Assembly (NCBI RefSeq): GCF_009834535.1
Contig: NC_045697.1
Coordinates: forward strand, 15,812,001 to 15,876,000
Direction: 5' to 3'
From: Camelus ferus
Lineage: Eukaryota
Length of the DNA: 64,000 nt
Both the position numbers and the translations under genes were made by a program. The notes below the pieces were generated by a model, which ran no database searches, was not told where the DNA came from, and saw only the letters and a program-made list of their open reading frames with translations. This document shows positions 49,197 through 62,249 of this stretch, in pieces. How positions within the stretch are numbered: position 1 is the stretch's first letter; the number at the start of each line of letters is the position of its first letter.

Positions 49197-50110
49197 CAGT
49201 GATGTGGTGAAGCCAGCTTATAGTGACTCACCAGTGCCTGTTAAGTTTTCAGTAATTTTATGAGCTGATTCTTAAACACAGCCAGCACTAAAAATTCAAC
49301 TATAGAAACTTGTAAGTAAATAATTTGGATTAGAAACAAAGGTAATAAATGCTCAAAATCACTACTCCCTAATTATTTTACTGCTTTTTTTTTTTTATTA
49401 GTTATGCCCTTAAGTTTATTTAGATTTCTGGTATCTGTATAGAAGAAATACTGTATGATGTGCTCATCTTTTCACGACTCTGCCTTCAGTGCTATCCCAT
49501 TGGTTCCCTGAAACTGGTCATGTGGAGTGTTTACACCAAAGAAATTGGCAAGTGCTTACAATTCAGTATTTGATTTATTGTCTTGTTGGTTGTCTGGACC
49601 TAAGAAAGTGATAGAGAAAATATTAATAATGCAGAGTAAATGTATGTGTGTCAGGTCTGTAACTGTTACATTTCGAGTAGACAAAAGATTCTGGGCAGTA
49701 TTTTACCAGTGTTTGAGAACTGTTGTCCAATTCGGCAAAGAAGTTGCTCAGTGTCACTGATAAACAAGTGAAATTCTGGTATATCTTTGTTATTTTCTTT
49801 TCACTGTGCCTGATAATTTAAGCAAAGACATTTGCCAACAGTTACGTAAGTGATAAATACTCCCATTTGTTAGGTTGTGTATCATAGGTTGGCTACCAAT
49901 GTAAGAATTTGGCAAAAATGTAAACAAGCATTCTATGAGAGTCAATTGGCTGTATAGAATTTACAGTAAAGAGCATTGCATATTATTATTTGGAAATTGA
50001 ATATTACACACCCCTTATATCAGTAAAGTTTATAATAAACGTATATATACATATAGGTATATACCTTTTAAAACATATAGCCAGTTGCTAATATTTATAG
50101 CACACCATTG
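49197..50110. mobile_element. MER63-like hAT DNA transposon inserted in a MIR
   Basis: Imperfect TIRs cagtgatgtg / cacaccattg; MIR sequence on both flanks. Confidence 0.7.
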
Positions 50111-50899
50111 CCTAAGCTCTCTGAGATTAAGCTTCTTCATTAATTTTAAATAAATTATCCAAAACTATGAGCACCATGCTTGACCAAAATTGTAGTTTAG
50201 TATTCATACCTATTTCCTTCTAAGATTGAAGACCAGTATTTTTTTCTCCCTCCCTCTAAACCCCATATATAGACATAACTTGAGAGCCATTGGGATATAT
50301 AAAAATTTTGCTTCTATGACATGGCTCCAGAGTACAGTCAGCTTTATTATTCATGATTTCTTTGTGCAGATCTTTGGTACCCTACCTTGACATCAACTGT
50401 CATTTTTGCTTTTTTCAGATCTCCTCCTTTTAATAGCCTCTCCTGTCTCCCCAGGGTTCCGTTCCATAAGGTACAGCCCATCTTGTCTTTTTGCTGGTCT
50501 GGAGACTACACTTAATCCTAGGTATGGGTAAATAGATGCTAAGTGAGGACCTAAAGGGCTTTCTTGTAATTGCTTTAGTCTACTTGATTCTAGCTGTGAC
50601 CTCTTTTCTTACATGAAAGTCATGAACTATTTTGGGTATAAAAAAAGGATTGTGTATAAAGTAATCAACAGCCGTTAGCCCACTTAAGGAATGAAACACA
50701 GAAGATGCAAAGGGCCCTCATGCTCCTCCCTGTTTCCACACACCTCCCTTTTCTCCCCAAAGGGAACCACTAGCCTGAATTGATCACCCCCAGACATGTT
50801 GTTACACATTTACTTCATACGTATCTGTTCAGAAAATCCAGGGATTGTTTCACATATTTTAAATATATAAAATATGATAAATGTACTATATATATTCTC

Positions 50900-51260
50900 T
50901 TAAAAATTAATAGCCTTTATATTTTGGAGCAACTTTAGGTTTATAGAAAAATTGAGCAGAAATTAGAGTTCTCATATATCTCACTTCCCCAGTTTCCCCT
51001 ACTATTAACATCTAGCATTCGTGTGGGATATTTGTTACAGGTGGTGGGTGAATATTGATACAATATTATTAATAAAGTTCATAGTGTATGGCTGTTGACA
51101 AATAGATAATGTCTTGTATCCACCATGATGGTATCACACAGAATACAGCTGACCTTTGAACAATGTGAGGGTTAGGGCACTGACCCACCGCACAGGGTGA
51201 AATCCGCATACAATTTTAGCAGTTTCACTGCCCTAAAATCCTCCTGTGCTCCATGTCTTC
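50900..51260 (-). mobile_element. Old L1 3'-end fragment with a nested Tigger2/MER8-like piece (about 51145-51217)
   Basis: ttttggagcaactttaggtttatagaaaaattgagcag; the nested piece begins tacagctgacctttgaacaa. Confidence 0.65.
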
Positions 51261-51327
51261 ATTCCTGCATACATCCTTTGGAATCTTGATTTTTTTTTTT
51301 GTTTGTTTAACATTATAGTTTTAAGGG

Positions 51328-51659
51328 TGTCGTAGTCCATTTGGACTGCTATAACAAAATACCATAAATTTGAGGGTTTATAAGCAACAGACATTTATTT
51401 TGCACAGTTCTGGGTGCTGGAAATTGGGGATTAGGATGCCAGCATGGTCCTCTTATGCATCACAGACTTCTTGGATTCTCACGTGGCAGCGGGAGCTAGG
51501 GAATGCTAGGGGTTCTCCCTTTAGGAGCCCTAATTTCATTCTTGAGGGCTCCACTCTCATGGCTTAAGCCCCTCTCCAGAGCCCCATTTCCTAAGACCAT
51601 CACATTGGGCATTAGGATTTCAACATCTGAATTTAGAGGGACACATTCAGACCAGAGCA
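51328..51659 (-). mobile_element. MLT1A-like solo LTR
   Basis: TG...CA termini; near-TSD aaggg/gaggg; ctgctataacaaaataccata...catcacattgggcattaggatttcaaca. Confidence 0.85.
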
Positions 51660-52648
51660 GAGGGTTATCTATGCTCTGATTCATTCACTGAATTTTTAAA
51701 TTTTATTTTATTTTTTCTGTTTAATCCAAATCCTTTGCCAGCCTAGGAAGTTTTCTGACAATGAGCAGAGACTATAAAGAGCCAGACACTAAGTCAATGT
51801 AAAATCACGTTGCGGCTGGACATGCACATTTGCATGGGTTTAAATTTTTCGTAGAAGGCTGTCTAAACATAATTCTCTCATATGGACGCCATATCACAGG
51901 GCCCACCACACAGATTCTGGGCAAGCTTCAGTTCTCTCAATCCAGTGCCCTACTTGGTGGAACCTCTCCCTAACCCGTCTCATAAACAACACAAAGGTTG
52001 TCACGTGATGCGTTCACGCTAACTTGCTGATCAGCATTTTCTCTGTGGATGTGCCTCAAATTAAAGATCTGTTCTACTGGTGACAGGACATAGGTTGTTT
52101 CTAGGACTTTGCTATTACCAAAAACTCTCCTTCAATCATCTCATTTACTCTCTTTGTGAGAATACATGAGCGTTTCTCCAGGGTATGCCCTTAGAAATGG
52201 AATTAGGGAGTCATGAGATTTTTAAAATTAATCCTTTATACCATAAAGTGGATAATAACTACCATTTTAAATAACATTTCTATGTGAACAGATATTTCAA
52301 ATCTGTTGTAATTTTTACTGTCTGTCCCTTTAACGGGTGACCCTCTCTCTTACCTCTTGGGCTTTTTCTGATCCTAGCTCTTTTTTTTTTTTTTTCTCCC
52401 TACCTCCCAGAAATTCACCTTGATGATTCAACATTTCCTTTATTTTTAAGTCTAGGAGTCACTTCTTTGAGAGTTCTGACTCCAGCCCACATCTGGATAA
52501 ACACTCCTCCCTGGCTTTCTTGCAAGGGTCCTTATGTCAGCTGTTTTATAATTGCATGTAGCCAAGTTGTCCAAGGACAAAAAGCACGGCAGAGTGCACC
52601 CTTGTATCCCCTGTGCTTAGCATCCAGTCTGACACATACATAGCATTT

Positions 52649-52701
52649 GTTTGTTTGTCTTTGACGGGGAGGTAATTAGGTTTGTATTTATTTATTTATT
52701 T

Positions 52702-52743
<42 letters not shown>

Positions 52744-52819
52744 GGAGGGACTGGGGATTGAACCCAGGACCTCGTGCGTGCTAGGCACACATTCTACTGC
52801 TGAGCTATACCCTCCCCCC
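52649..52819 (-). mobile_element. vic-1-like SINE with expanded (TTTA)n(TTGA)n tail
   Basis: ggggaggtaattaggtttg...ctggggattgaacccaggacctcgtgcgtgctagg; flanked by gcattt repeats. Confidence 0.9.
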
Positions 52820-53386
52820 GCATTTATTGAATTAAAGGAGATATGAATGAATGAATGTAGGATATCAGAGTCATCTCAACAATGGCAGAAACTAGTGCCC
52901 TCCCCACGGTAGCTGACTGGACCATCACGGGCTCCATTGTCAGATGACAGGCGGATAGGGTTCAAGTGTTGAGGGCCAAAGATAAGGTCCCAAGACTGCT
53001 TCCTACCCAACAAGGACAAGGCGTGTCAGTTATGGCTGGGAAAACGTGCACAAGGAGGAGATGTTTTCAACTCAGACATTCATAAGCGGAGTCCTGCCTC
53101 TGTCTACCAGCTGAGAGATCTTCAGATAATGAACCACGAAAGCCTGCTATGCAGCGGCCTTATGCAGTCATTTTTCATTTGCCACCAGTCAGCTTCAGGG
53201 ATCAAGGACAGCTGTTATTTTATGCATATATGCCGCTCATGCATGTTATTTTAAAGGCATATTTTAAAGTTATAAATATGGTACATTGAGTTAATGAGGG
53301 ATGTTCTTTTGGTGGCAAATATTTGCATTCCACATATGCCTCTTGATGTCAAGAGTGTAACCATTTCATTTTCTTCTTTTTCTCAG

Positions 53387-53614
53387 GAGGCTGGGATGCA
53401 GATGGAAAAGGCCCTAGTGTCTGGGACACATTCACCCATCAGGGAAGAGAGAGAGTTTTCAAGAACCAGACTGGCGATGTAGCTTGTGGCAGCTACACTC
53501 TGTGGGAGGAAGATTTGAAATGTATCAAACAGCTTGGATTGACTCATTACCGCTTCTCTCTTTCCTGGTCACGCCTGTTACCTGATGGGACGACAGGTTT
53601 CATCAACCAGAAAG
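53387..53614 (+). CDS. GBA3: Cytosolic beta-glucosidase, coding exon 2 (228 nt): (G)[75 protein letters not shown](G)
   Basis: Polypyrimidine tract and acceptor ttcttctttttctcAG (AG at 53385-53386). Phase 1 is compatible with exon 1. 75 complete codons with no stop, including the GH1 motif [12 protein letters not shown]. Ends AAAG|GCAAGT. Confidence 0.97.
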
Positions 53615-54474
53615 GCAAGTGTTTCTTAAAAATAGAAGGTTGCAGCTTTAATTCAAGGTTATTGCTGCAGTCTGGCATAATTAATCCAGGATGCTATTCT
53701 GCAGTGTAGCTTTGAAATGGCAAGTTTTTAGAGTGATTATAGGATACATTTTTTGAAATGGGTTTGCATTAGCTGTCTCAGTACTGTTCTGGTTTTCCTC
53801 ATCTGGGGCTCTTTGCTGGGAGAGGTGGAAATAGGGAGGGGGTTGGAGTAAGATGTTATTTGAGTGTTAACCTGAAGGTGAATTTCCAAATGTTGTGTAT
53901 AAATTATTTGCAGTTGTGTTAGGCTGTGATGCGTCATGAAAAGCCCTGCAGAATTTGAGAAGATTCTGAGCTGAACTGGAGCAGAGTTAGTGGAGCTAAT
54001 TAACTAGCACAGAGGCTAGTACCAAAGCCCCGGGAGTCTGTTTACTTGGGAGTAAGTGCCAGCAATTTCATTTACTATCTGTGTGAGCATCTCTTGGGCA
54101 TTGCTTGGTGCCTCAGTTTCCCCGTGAGTAGAAAGGTATGCTGTAATAGTCTGGACTTCAGAGTGTTGTTGGAAGGTTAAATGAACAATCTTTCAAAGTG
54201 CTTTACACAGAAGCCTGTATATTGTAAAAGCATTCAGTCAGTGTTAGCTATTATTCATATTATGACTTGTGATTAAAAAGACCACCGCCTTATTTGAAAA
54301 CCTATTATTTATGAGGCATTTTACATACATTTTTTTCTAATCTCCACAAATCAACGAGGAAGGTATCATTATCATATTTTACAGAGGTGCATGTTCAGAT
54401 CGAGAGATTTTATAAATTTGTATTTTTTGATGGATCTGGAATGTAATCCTAAGGTTGGTTAGCTCCTTCCGAAC

Positions 54475-54668
54475 AACAGAGTTGACAAAGTGTGACCCGA
54501 GGGCCAAACTTGGCCTGATCCTATTTTTGTAAACAAAGCTTAATCGCAGTGTGATCGTGCCCATTCCTTACAGGTGGTCTCGGGTCTCTGGTCTTTCCCA
54601 CTACCACGGTAGAATTGAAGACAGCCTGCAAAGCCTGGTCCTTTGTAGGGAAATTTTTGTGACTCCTG
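54475..54668. mobile_element. MER58A-like hAT-Charlie MITE
   Basis: cagagttgacaaa...gggccaaacttggcctg...tttttgtaaacaaag...ctggtcctttgtagggaaatttttgtgactcctg. Confidence 0.7.
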
Positions 54669-55427
54669 CATGACAACGTAACGACTTCTTAATAAAGAAC
54701 ATTTATTTCTCCTTTGTTCTGGAAAAGAGCTTACATTCCTCCTAGGGTTGGGACTAGGGGTGACGCAAGGAGGTACCTAATGTACAAAATTCAAGAGGCC
54801 TGTACTCTCAGCATCTCACAGCTGCAAGCTGGGCACTTGCAGGGCCCTGTGTGAAAGCACCGGCCTGTCTCACCTCCCTTCCAGCTCAGAGGGCCCGCAG
54901 AGATACTCAGGGGTTCTTTTTGAGGCAGTTATCTCATTGCCTGCAGAGCAGGGGCAACCTGTGACAGCGGTTCCTGGGTGGACTTGTGCCCTTGCAGTGT
55001 AATCTCTGTACTGTGAAAGGGGACCACAGCTCATGGACTCCCCTGATAGCACGCGGCCTTAGCATGGCCTCCCCCAGATAAGGACAAGATCAGCAGGCCC
55101 TTTACTTGATTCTAAAGACTTTAGCCTCTGCGACTAACTGCTGTTGGTTAAAGGTCTACTTTCTTGGTATCACTGGCCAGGTTTTTGTTTTTGTTTTTTT
55201 TTTTTTTTGACTTTGAACAGTGAGTAATTTGTTGTTCAGTTTAAGAATTAACTCATAATTTCCTACCATGCTAACCCATCATCTGTACCCTCTCTTTTCT
55301 TTAGCATCATCGTAACCCTCAAGAGTCTAAAAACTAAGGGTAATTTTTGAATCTGCTGTTTTCTTTGCTTCTGATGTCTAATTGGTTGCCAGATACGATC
55401 CATTCTCTGTATGCCTCTTAAAAAAAT

Positions 55428-55558
55428 TTTTTTTGGAGGGGGGAGGAGGCAATTAGGTTTATTTCCTTGCTTATCTATTTTAATGGAGGTACTGGGGATT
55501 GATCCCAGGACCTCCACATACTAAACATATGATCTACCACTGAGCTACACCCACCCCC
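55428..55558 (-). mobile_element. vic-1-like SINE
   Basis: aattaggtttattt...aatggaggtactggggattgatcccaggacctc...ctaccactgagctacaccc. Confidence 0.85.
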
Positions 55559-56942
55559 TTCCTTATTTCTCCTTCACTTCTCCCCTCCTGGCTGTCTTTC
55601 TGTCCCTGCCCTGGTTCAGGTGCTTGTCATTCTCATCAAGGGCTTTTTGATATACCCTTGATAGGCCTACTTACTTTCATACTCTTTCTTTGTCCTTTAA
55701 TCCTTTGTACAAAATGCCACCACAGCAATTTTCCGAATGCTTGGCCCAAGTCATGCTGGCCTGCATTGTCTTCTGCTAAAACAAAGCAAGATAAACATGT
55801 CTTTAGTTATCTAACTCCTTCATGTATCATTCCAGATTTTATTTGACTTTGTCTTAACTCACCTCTGAAACATTACAGGCTGGAATTAATTCCGCCGTGC
55901 ATGTGGTCCATGCAGTTTCTCCACACAATGCCCTAAGCACATAGCCCACTTCTTATTAAACATACTATGCAGTTGTCCACCTTTGTAGAGATTCTCTTAA
56001 GCTCTTCCTTCTGCCTGTAATGCACCCCCCACCGTTTTTTTTAAACTCTCAACTATACCCGATGAATGTTTAGTCTCCTGTTAAAGTTTAGCACAGATGT
56101 TTCCTCCTCTTTAGAGTCCTTCCCTATTCCAAGACAAAAAGAAATCTTTTTTTTTTAATTCCCATAGCACTTTGAAAAACTCTTAGGTACTTCTTACATT
56201 CTTCACTCTTAGCATTATTACATCCCCTGTTAGATTGTGACCACTTTGAGTTTAATTCAGCTCAACAAACACATATTAAGTGTCTACTATGTGTCAGGGA
56301 CTGTGCTGTGTACTAAAAACACAGTTGTAAGACAGTCCCTGAAATTGTTTGCAGAATAATGGGCAGATAATTCTGCCTTGTTCATCCCTGTGATCTAGTA
56401 CAGTGTCTTGCAGGAGGAATTCAGTAAATACTTACTAATTTACTTGCATTAGGTCAATAACAACCATGAAAATCACCTAAGGGTAGCAATGGTTGTCTTT
56501 TACTGAGCACGTAGTATGTGCAGCTCACTGTGCCAAGTACCACACCTGCTTTTGCTGACTTAATGCTCCTAACAGCCCTGTGAGCAAGGGTCTTCTCTAC
56601 ACAGAGAGAATCATGGTTCTCTGGGGTATAAGGCTGGGGATAAATTTGCCAAGATGACACATTTAAGTTAGAGCTGAGTTCAGCCTAGGTCTGCCTGCTG
56701 TCAATAGTGTAGGTTCTTGTCCAGACAATTTACAACCTCCTCAAGCCGCTCATACCACTTGTGCCACAGTTTCCCTGATGGTAACGTGAAGGGGGCGCGC
56801 TGTGTTACTGAAACTCTTTCCAGTGTTCTAGCCTTTGGTTCTAGGAGTTGGAACTTTTCCCTGAGCTTCCATGTGGATACTAAACAACAACAACAACAAC
56901 AAAAATTAAAGAAAAAATAAACCAACCTACCAACTTGTAATA

Positions 56943-57261
56943 TAGGTACATAATCCCTTATCTGAAATTCTAAAACCATAAGTTTCTGAATATTGAATCC
57001 TTTTTAGTAAGTTTATTTCTGAAACAAACTTGGCAGCAAAAGCTGACCTGGGTTGATGTTAAACAACCTGGGTTGTTATCATCTCAGTTTATTCTGCTTG
57101 GTGAGAATATTTATATATTTTACTGCAGGAATATTAAGGGATACTGACCCAGACCTACCAGGGGTGTTAAACTTAATAGTATTTACTTTGTGTTTCTTTT
57201 CTAACCCCCCAATTCTGAACACTTGACTGCCAAGATTTGCAAATAAAGGATTATGGACCTG
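56943..57261. mobile_element. Tigger-like (Tc1/mariner) MITE
   Basis: TIRs taggtacataatccctt / aaaggattatggacctg, flanked by TA at 56941-56942 and 57262-57263. Confidence 0.7.
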
Positions 57262-57331
57262 TACAATATGTCAGCATACCCAATTATTTAAAACCAACCT
57301 AAGATATACAGAAGTTCATGGAGAACACGTA

Positions 57332-58087
57332 TTTTTTTAAATTTTTTATTGAAGTATATAGTTGATGTGCAGTGTTGTGTTAGTTTCTGGTGTATAGCAT
57401 AGTGATTGAGTTATACACATACATATATTCTTTTTAATATTCTTTTTCATTGTAGATTATTACAAGATATTGAATATAGTTTCCTGTGCTATTCAATAGG
57501 ACCTTATTGTTTATCTATTTTTATATATAGCAGCTAGTGTCTGCAAATCCCAAATTCAGAATTTATGCCTACCACCTTTCCCCTTTGATAACCATAAGTT
57601 TGTTTTCTATGTCTGTGAGTCTGTTTCTGTTTTGTAAATAAGTTCATATTTATACATATGAACGATATCACAGGATATTTGTCTTTCTCTGGTTTATTTT
57701 ACTTAGTATGATAATCTGTAGGTCCATCTATGTTGCTGCAAATGGCTAATTTCATTCTTTTTAATGGCTGAGTAGTATTCTATTTATATAACACACACAC
57801 ACACACACACACATACACACACCCCAGTCTATATCTATTTATCTGTTGATGGACATTTCGGTTGCTTCCATGTCTTGACCACTGTAAATAGTGCTGCTAA
57901 GAACTTTGGGATCCATGTATCTTTCAAATAAGTGTTTCCTCTGGGTATATGCCCAGGAGTGGGATTGCTGGATCATATGGTAAGTTTATTTTTAGTGTTT
58001 AAAGATATCTCCATACTATATTCCATAATGGCTGCACCAAATTACATTCCCACCAACAGTGTAGGAGGGTGCCCTTTCTGCACACTC
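57332..58087 (-). mobile_element. 5'-truncated young L1 with internal (CA)n
   Basis: L1 3'UTR and ORF2 end; imperfect TSD atggag(a/c)acac at 57318-57328 and 58090-58100. Confidence 0.9.
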
Positions 58088-58920
58088 TTATGGAGCACAC
58101 TGTAGATCAGCAATCCAAGAGCAGGGCAGCAGAAAAACTAGAGGGTTGTCATGGTGGTGGGGCTGGAGTCACTGGGGCCACCTGGACAACGTCGGGGGAT
58201 CACTTGTGCATTTCTTGTGTAGGGGTCACGTGATCCCAGCACCGAGCTTTTTATGTTTGGCACCAACTTTTGTAAAGCCATATCTGATTAATATTACAGA
58301 CTTTTCCACGAACAAGAGGGCACTGGAGGTGATTCCAGTAGGCAGAATTTCAATAAGTGGTTGCTCACTCTTGTGCAGTGATCTGTTGAAGCAATTGGAA
58401 CTGTTTTAACTCAGAAAGGCCATCATTTGTTTTTTTTTCTGTTTAAACATTTCCTCAAAGAGCACATAAAGAATTAGAGCCCTTGTCACTATCCTTTCCA
58501 AGGAACCCTTGATTTTTTGTTTGACTCCTTATTTTAATGCTTGATGGGAGGATACTTGGAAACCTGTAACTAAAACCCTGTGCTCCCGAATTGGAAGAGT
58601 ATTTTACAAAATGGAATTGTTATGCACCCTTTCTCTTTCAAATGTCACGTTTTCGTGGTTTAACAAGAGGAGATTGGGCTGGCAACTGAAATCACATACT
58701 TCTGTCTTTCTCAGCTGTTCAAGTGCATTTTCATATCTGCCACAAATGTAAGTTTTAGGGGAACAGAAGACCCAAGTATTGGAAACAAAGAGAAAAAGGA
58801 ACGTTTATGCAGAATTTCTTTTTCACTTCAAGATTTAAAATATGAGCACACTTAGCAGGAATGGCAGTTCAGTAAACAACTAAAGAAGCATTTATTAATC
58901 TCCTGCTCCATGTGAGGCAG

Positions 58921-59414
58921 TGTGGTGGGCTGAATAATGGCCTCTCAAAGATGTCCACATCCTAATTCTTAGAAACTGTGAATAGACAATCTTAAATGGT
59001 AAAAGAGACTTTACAGATGTGATTAAGTTAAGGATCTCTGGATGGGGAGATTATCCTGGATCATCTGGAGGGTACCAGAGTAATCACCCAGATCCTTAAA
59101 AAAGGGAGGCAAGAGGATAAGAGTCAGGGAGAGAATATAGGACTGAAGCAGAGGTGAGAGGAGACGAGATGTTTCAGGACTGGCTTTGAAGGTGGAGGAA
59201 GGGACTGTGAACCTTGAGAAGCTGGAAAAGGCAAGGGAATGGGTTCTCCCTGGGAGCCTCCAGAAGGAAAGCAGCCCTGCTGACATCTTGATTTTAGCTC
59301 AGTGAGAACCATTGTGGACACCTGATGCCCAGAACTGCAAGATAATAACTCGGTGTTGGTTCAGGCCACTAAGTTTGTGGTAATTTGTCACAGCAGCGAT
59401 AGAAAACAAACCCA
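58921..59414 (+). mobile_element. MLT1D-like solo LTR
   Basis: TGTGGTGGGCTGAATAATGGCC...CA; perfect 5-bp TSD ggcag at 58916-58920 and 59415-59419. Confidence 0.9.
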
Positions 59415-61361
59415 GGCAGAGAAAGTGGTGGTGTGGGTCCACAGGGGCGTGGACATAGAGTTATCTTACGTTTGCCACATGGTAGGCACTTGGTCAAAAT
59501 TAATCCTATGTTAAGACATTTACAGTTTGACTAGGAGAATTTCAGTGGTTATTTTCTGCGGTGAGACATCACCTTTGCAAATTTCTGCCGCAGCTTCTTT
59601 TGAGGGAATCTCCCCATTTCTTTGTTCTACATTATCCTGCTCCGCTCTTGGCCACAGCTGACTAGACATGGGAAAAATTTAGTTTCCTGTGACATATAAT
59701 TAGTGTAACCTCATTAAAAAGCTAACCCTGCCCAATTGCCTTCCTCTCTTGGGGGTGTTTAGAATTGAGGGGCTGGAGGCTGAGTTCTTTGGTAACCGGC
59801 ACTAGGTCTATGTGGTAACATTGTCAGATGGACTGGCCATTTTGAAACTGTAGCAAATTGGATGCATGAAGGTTCTTTGAGCAGGAGAGGAGTGGAGTAG
59901 ATGTGTTGAGAGAAGCTGGAATGGGAGACACGAGTCTTTCCTGAGAGGCAAAGATTTTCTCAGCCCCCAGCTTCAAATCCCTTGAGTTCCAGTTGCAATT
60001 ATTTTCTGCCACTGGGTACCTGGTGTCTCTCTATCATTTCAGATAGTGCCCACTGCCTCCCGTGCTGCTCAGCCTCTTGTCTCTAATGCTGTCTTTATAT
60101 TTGAGTTAACCTGGGTGGGCATCTTTTCCCTATTTCCAATAGACCAAAAACTTAAAAATGTTTTCTATTTTCAAAGATCAAATAAGAAGAAAAGAGCTTC
60201 ATTAAAATAAAGAAGGTGATAGTAACTATGAAAGAAAGCTCTGGAAATTTTAATACTTAAAACAATCCTGCCCTAAATATCCAGATGCAGAACAGGGTCC
60301 ATATGACCTCTTAGGGCTTCAAGATCCCTAGATTAGTAACAGATGCTCATGTTAAAATACATATTTATGCATAGAATTAGTTACCCTGAATTGTCTGATA
60401 AAGCTGAAGAATCCTGTTTGTTCTCATTTGATATGCGCAACACTTGTGCGGTGGCACTATTAATATTCCTCTTTTACAGACGAGGAGACGTGGGTGTTGA
60501 GAGACCATGTGATTTGTCCATGGTTCCTTGACTGAATTTTCTGACTTCGGAGCTCTGCTCTTAAAAAATGGGAAAGTTTCATTACAGCACCAAATACACT
60601 GTACGGACCAGAAGCAAAGTGCTCAGTTCTGGGATGATAAATATTAACTATGCAATGCTCTGTTGCTTTGCCATGTTGATGAGGGGGAAAAAGTTTTACT
60701 TAACATTTTTTTTTATCTTCAGTTCGACTGGATCATCATGTTGTTTGAATTCCATTGATTGCCATCATCAATGCTCATGCCATATCTAATTATGCTTATG
60801 AATCATTAATTCCTCCAGAAATTAAACAAGAAACCCTCTGATATTATGAATCAGCTCCAAAGTAGGTGATTGTTAAGGCCAGTAAAACAGTCAGCATGTT
60901 TCTGTTTCTGAAACGTTCGTAAGTGTGAAAAGGGGAATGTTGTAGTGGGAACATTTCTGTCTTTGTAGTGAGACAGACTGGCTGTAAACGGTGGTGGTGT
61001 CATCGTACAACATTCTCACTTTAGGTCCATTACTTCCTTTCTGGATCTCAGTTTTTTCATATGCTTGTTGAGAATAAAAATGCCCACCTCTTGGGCTTAG
61101 TGCTTGGATTAAACAAATTGTGTGACATCATGTACATATAGTATGAATGCAATAAATGAAAGCTGTTGTTTTTATATTCAAAGCAAATAGAAGGAGTTGG
61201 CTATGAAAACCTTACACATACCAATCCCAAGATGATCCTGTACTGGTGATCTCTGGATATTCCACTTTATAAAGGAGGAAATGTGGGCTTACAGAGGCCC
61301 AGGGGTGGTGGAATGCCCTTTTATTGAGAGAGAAAAGAAAAGCTTTATAAACTTTACTGAG

Positions 61362-61979
61362 TGCATTAGTTTTCCATTGTTGCTGCAACAAATTAGGACA
61401 TGCTTGCTTGCTTAAAACAACACACATTATTACCTTAAATTTAGGTGGGTCAGCAGTCTGAGGTAAGTCTCTCCAGGATAAAACCACAGGACTTACAGGG
61501 CTGCATTTCTTTTTCAAAGGTCTAAAGGAGAGTCTGTCTCTTGGCTCATTCAGGTTGTTGGCAGAATTCAGTTTCTGGGGTTGTATGACTGACGTCTCCA
61601 TTTCTTGGATGACTGTCAGCTAAGAACCATTTTCGGCTTCTGGAGGCCACCTGCTTTCCTTGGCTTGTGGCTCCCTTCTTCCATCTTCAAAGCCAGCAAT
61701 AGTAGGTTGAGTCCCTTTTATGCTACCATCTCCTGTGTCTCTTTTGTTGTTGCATCTTTTCAACCCACTCTTCTGCCATCCCGTTTCACTTCTGAGGACT
61801 CACGTGGCTAGATTGGGCTCACCTGAGTAATCTAGAGAAATCTTTGCATCTCAGGATCCTTTACCTGAAGCACATCTGCAAAGTCCCTTTTGCTGTGTAA
61901 ACTCATGTTCTTCCATGGCTCATGGATTACCACATGGAGATCTTGGTCATGGGGTGGGAGTACTTAGTATGTCCACCCA
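61362..61979 (-). mobile_element. MLT1E-like MaLR LTR
   Basis: gctcattcaggttgttggcagaattcagtttc...ccatcttcaaagccagcaa...cacatctgcaaagtcccttttgc. Confidence 0.8.
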
Positions 61980-62249
61980 GGGAGTAACAGCATACAGATG
62001 GGTCTTCCAAATATGGGCTTGCTTGGAGTGATTTCTATTTTGTTCCAGTTGCACAATAAGTGAACTGTTGTTAAAGTCACCCACTCTTCCAGACAGACAG
62101 ACAGGCAACACAGGACCTTGCATAATTTGGCTTCTGCTTGCCTTGCTTACCACTCACTATTTTTATTCCTCTCCTGATGAGCTATACCCTCTCTTTAGAG
62201 TCAACTTGTAGTTCCTGGAAAGAGCCACTCTCTTCTAAGAGAATGCGTA

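Larger units (their letters stand above)
19397..53386 (+). other. GBA3: GBA3 intron 1 (33,990 bp, GT-AG, phase 1)
   Basis: GT donor and AG acceptor join VE|G-GWDAD in frame; no other GH1 coding sequence seen in between. Confidence 0.9.

Noticed and set aside
53615..53709. C-terminal extension of the ORF-track protein past FINQKG
   Set aside because: Read-through into intron 2; GH1 similarity stops at the donor.
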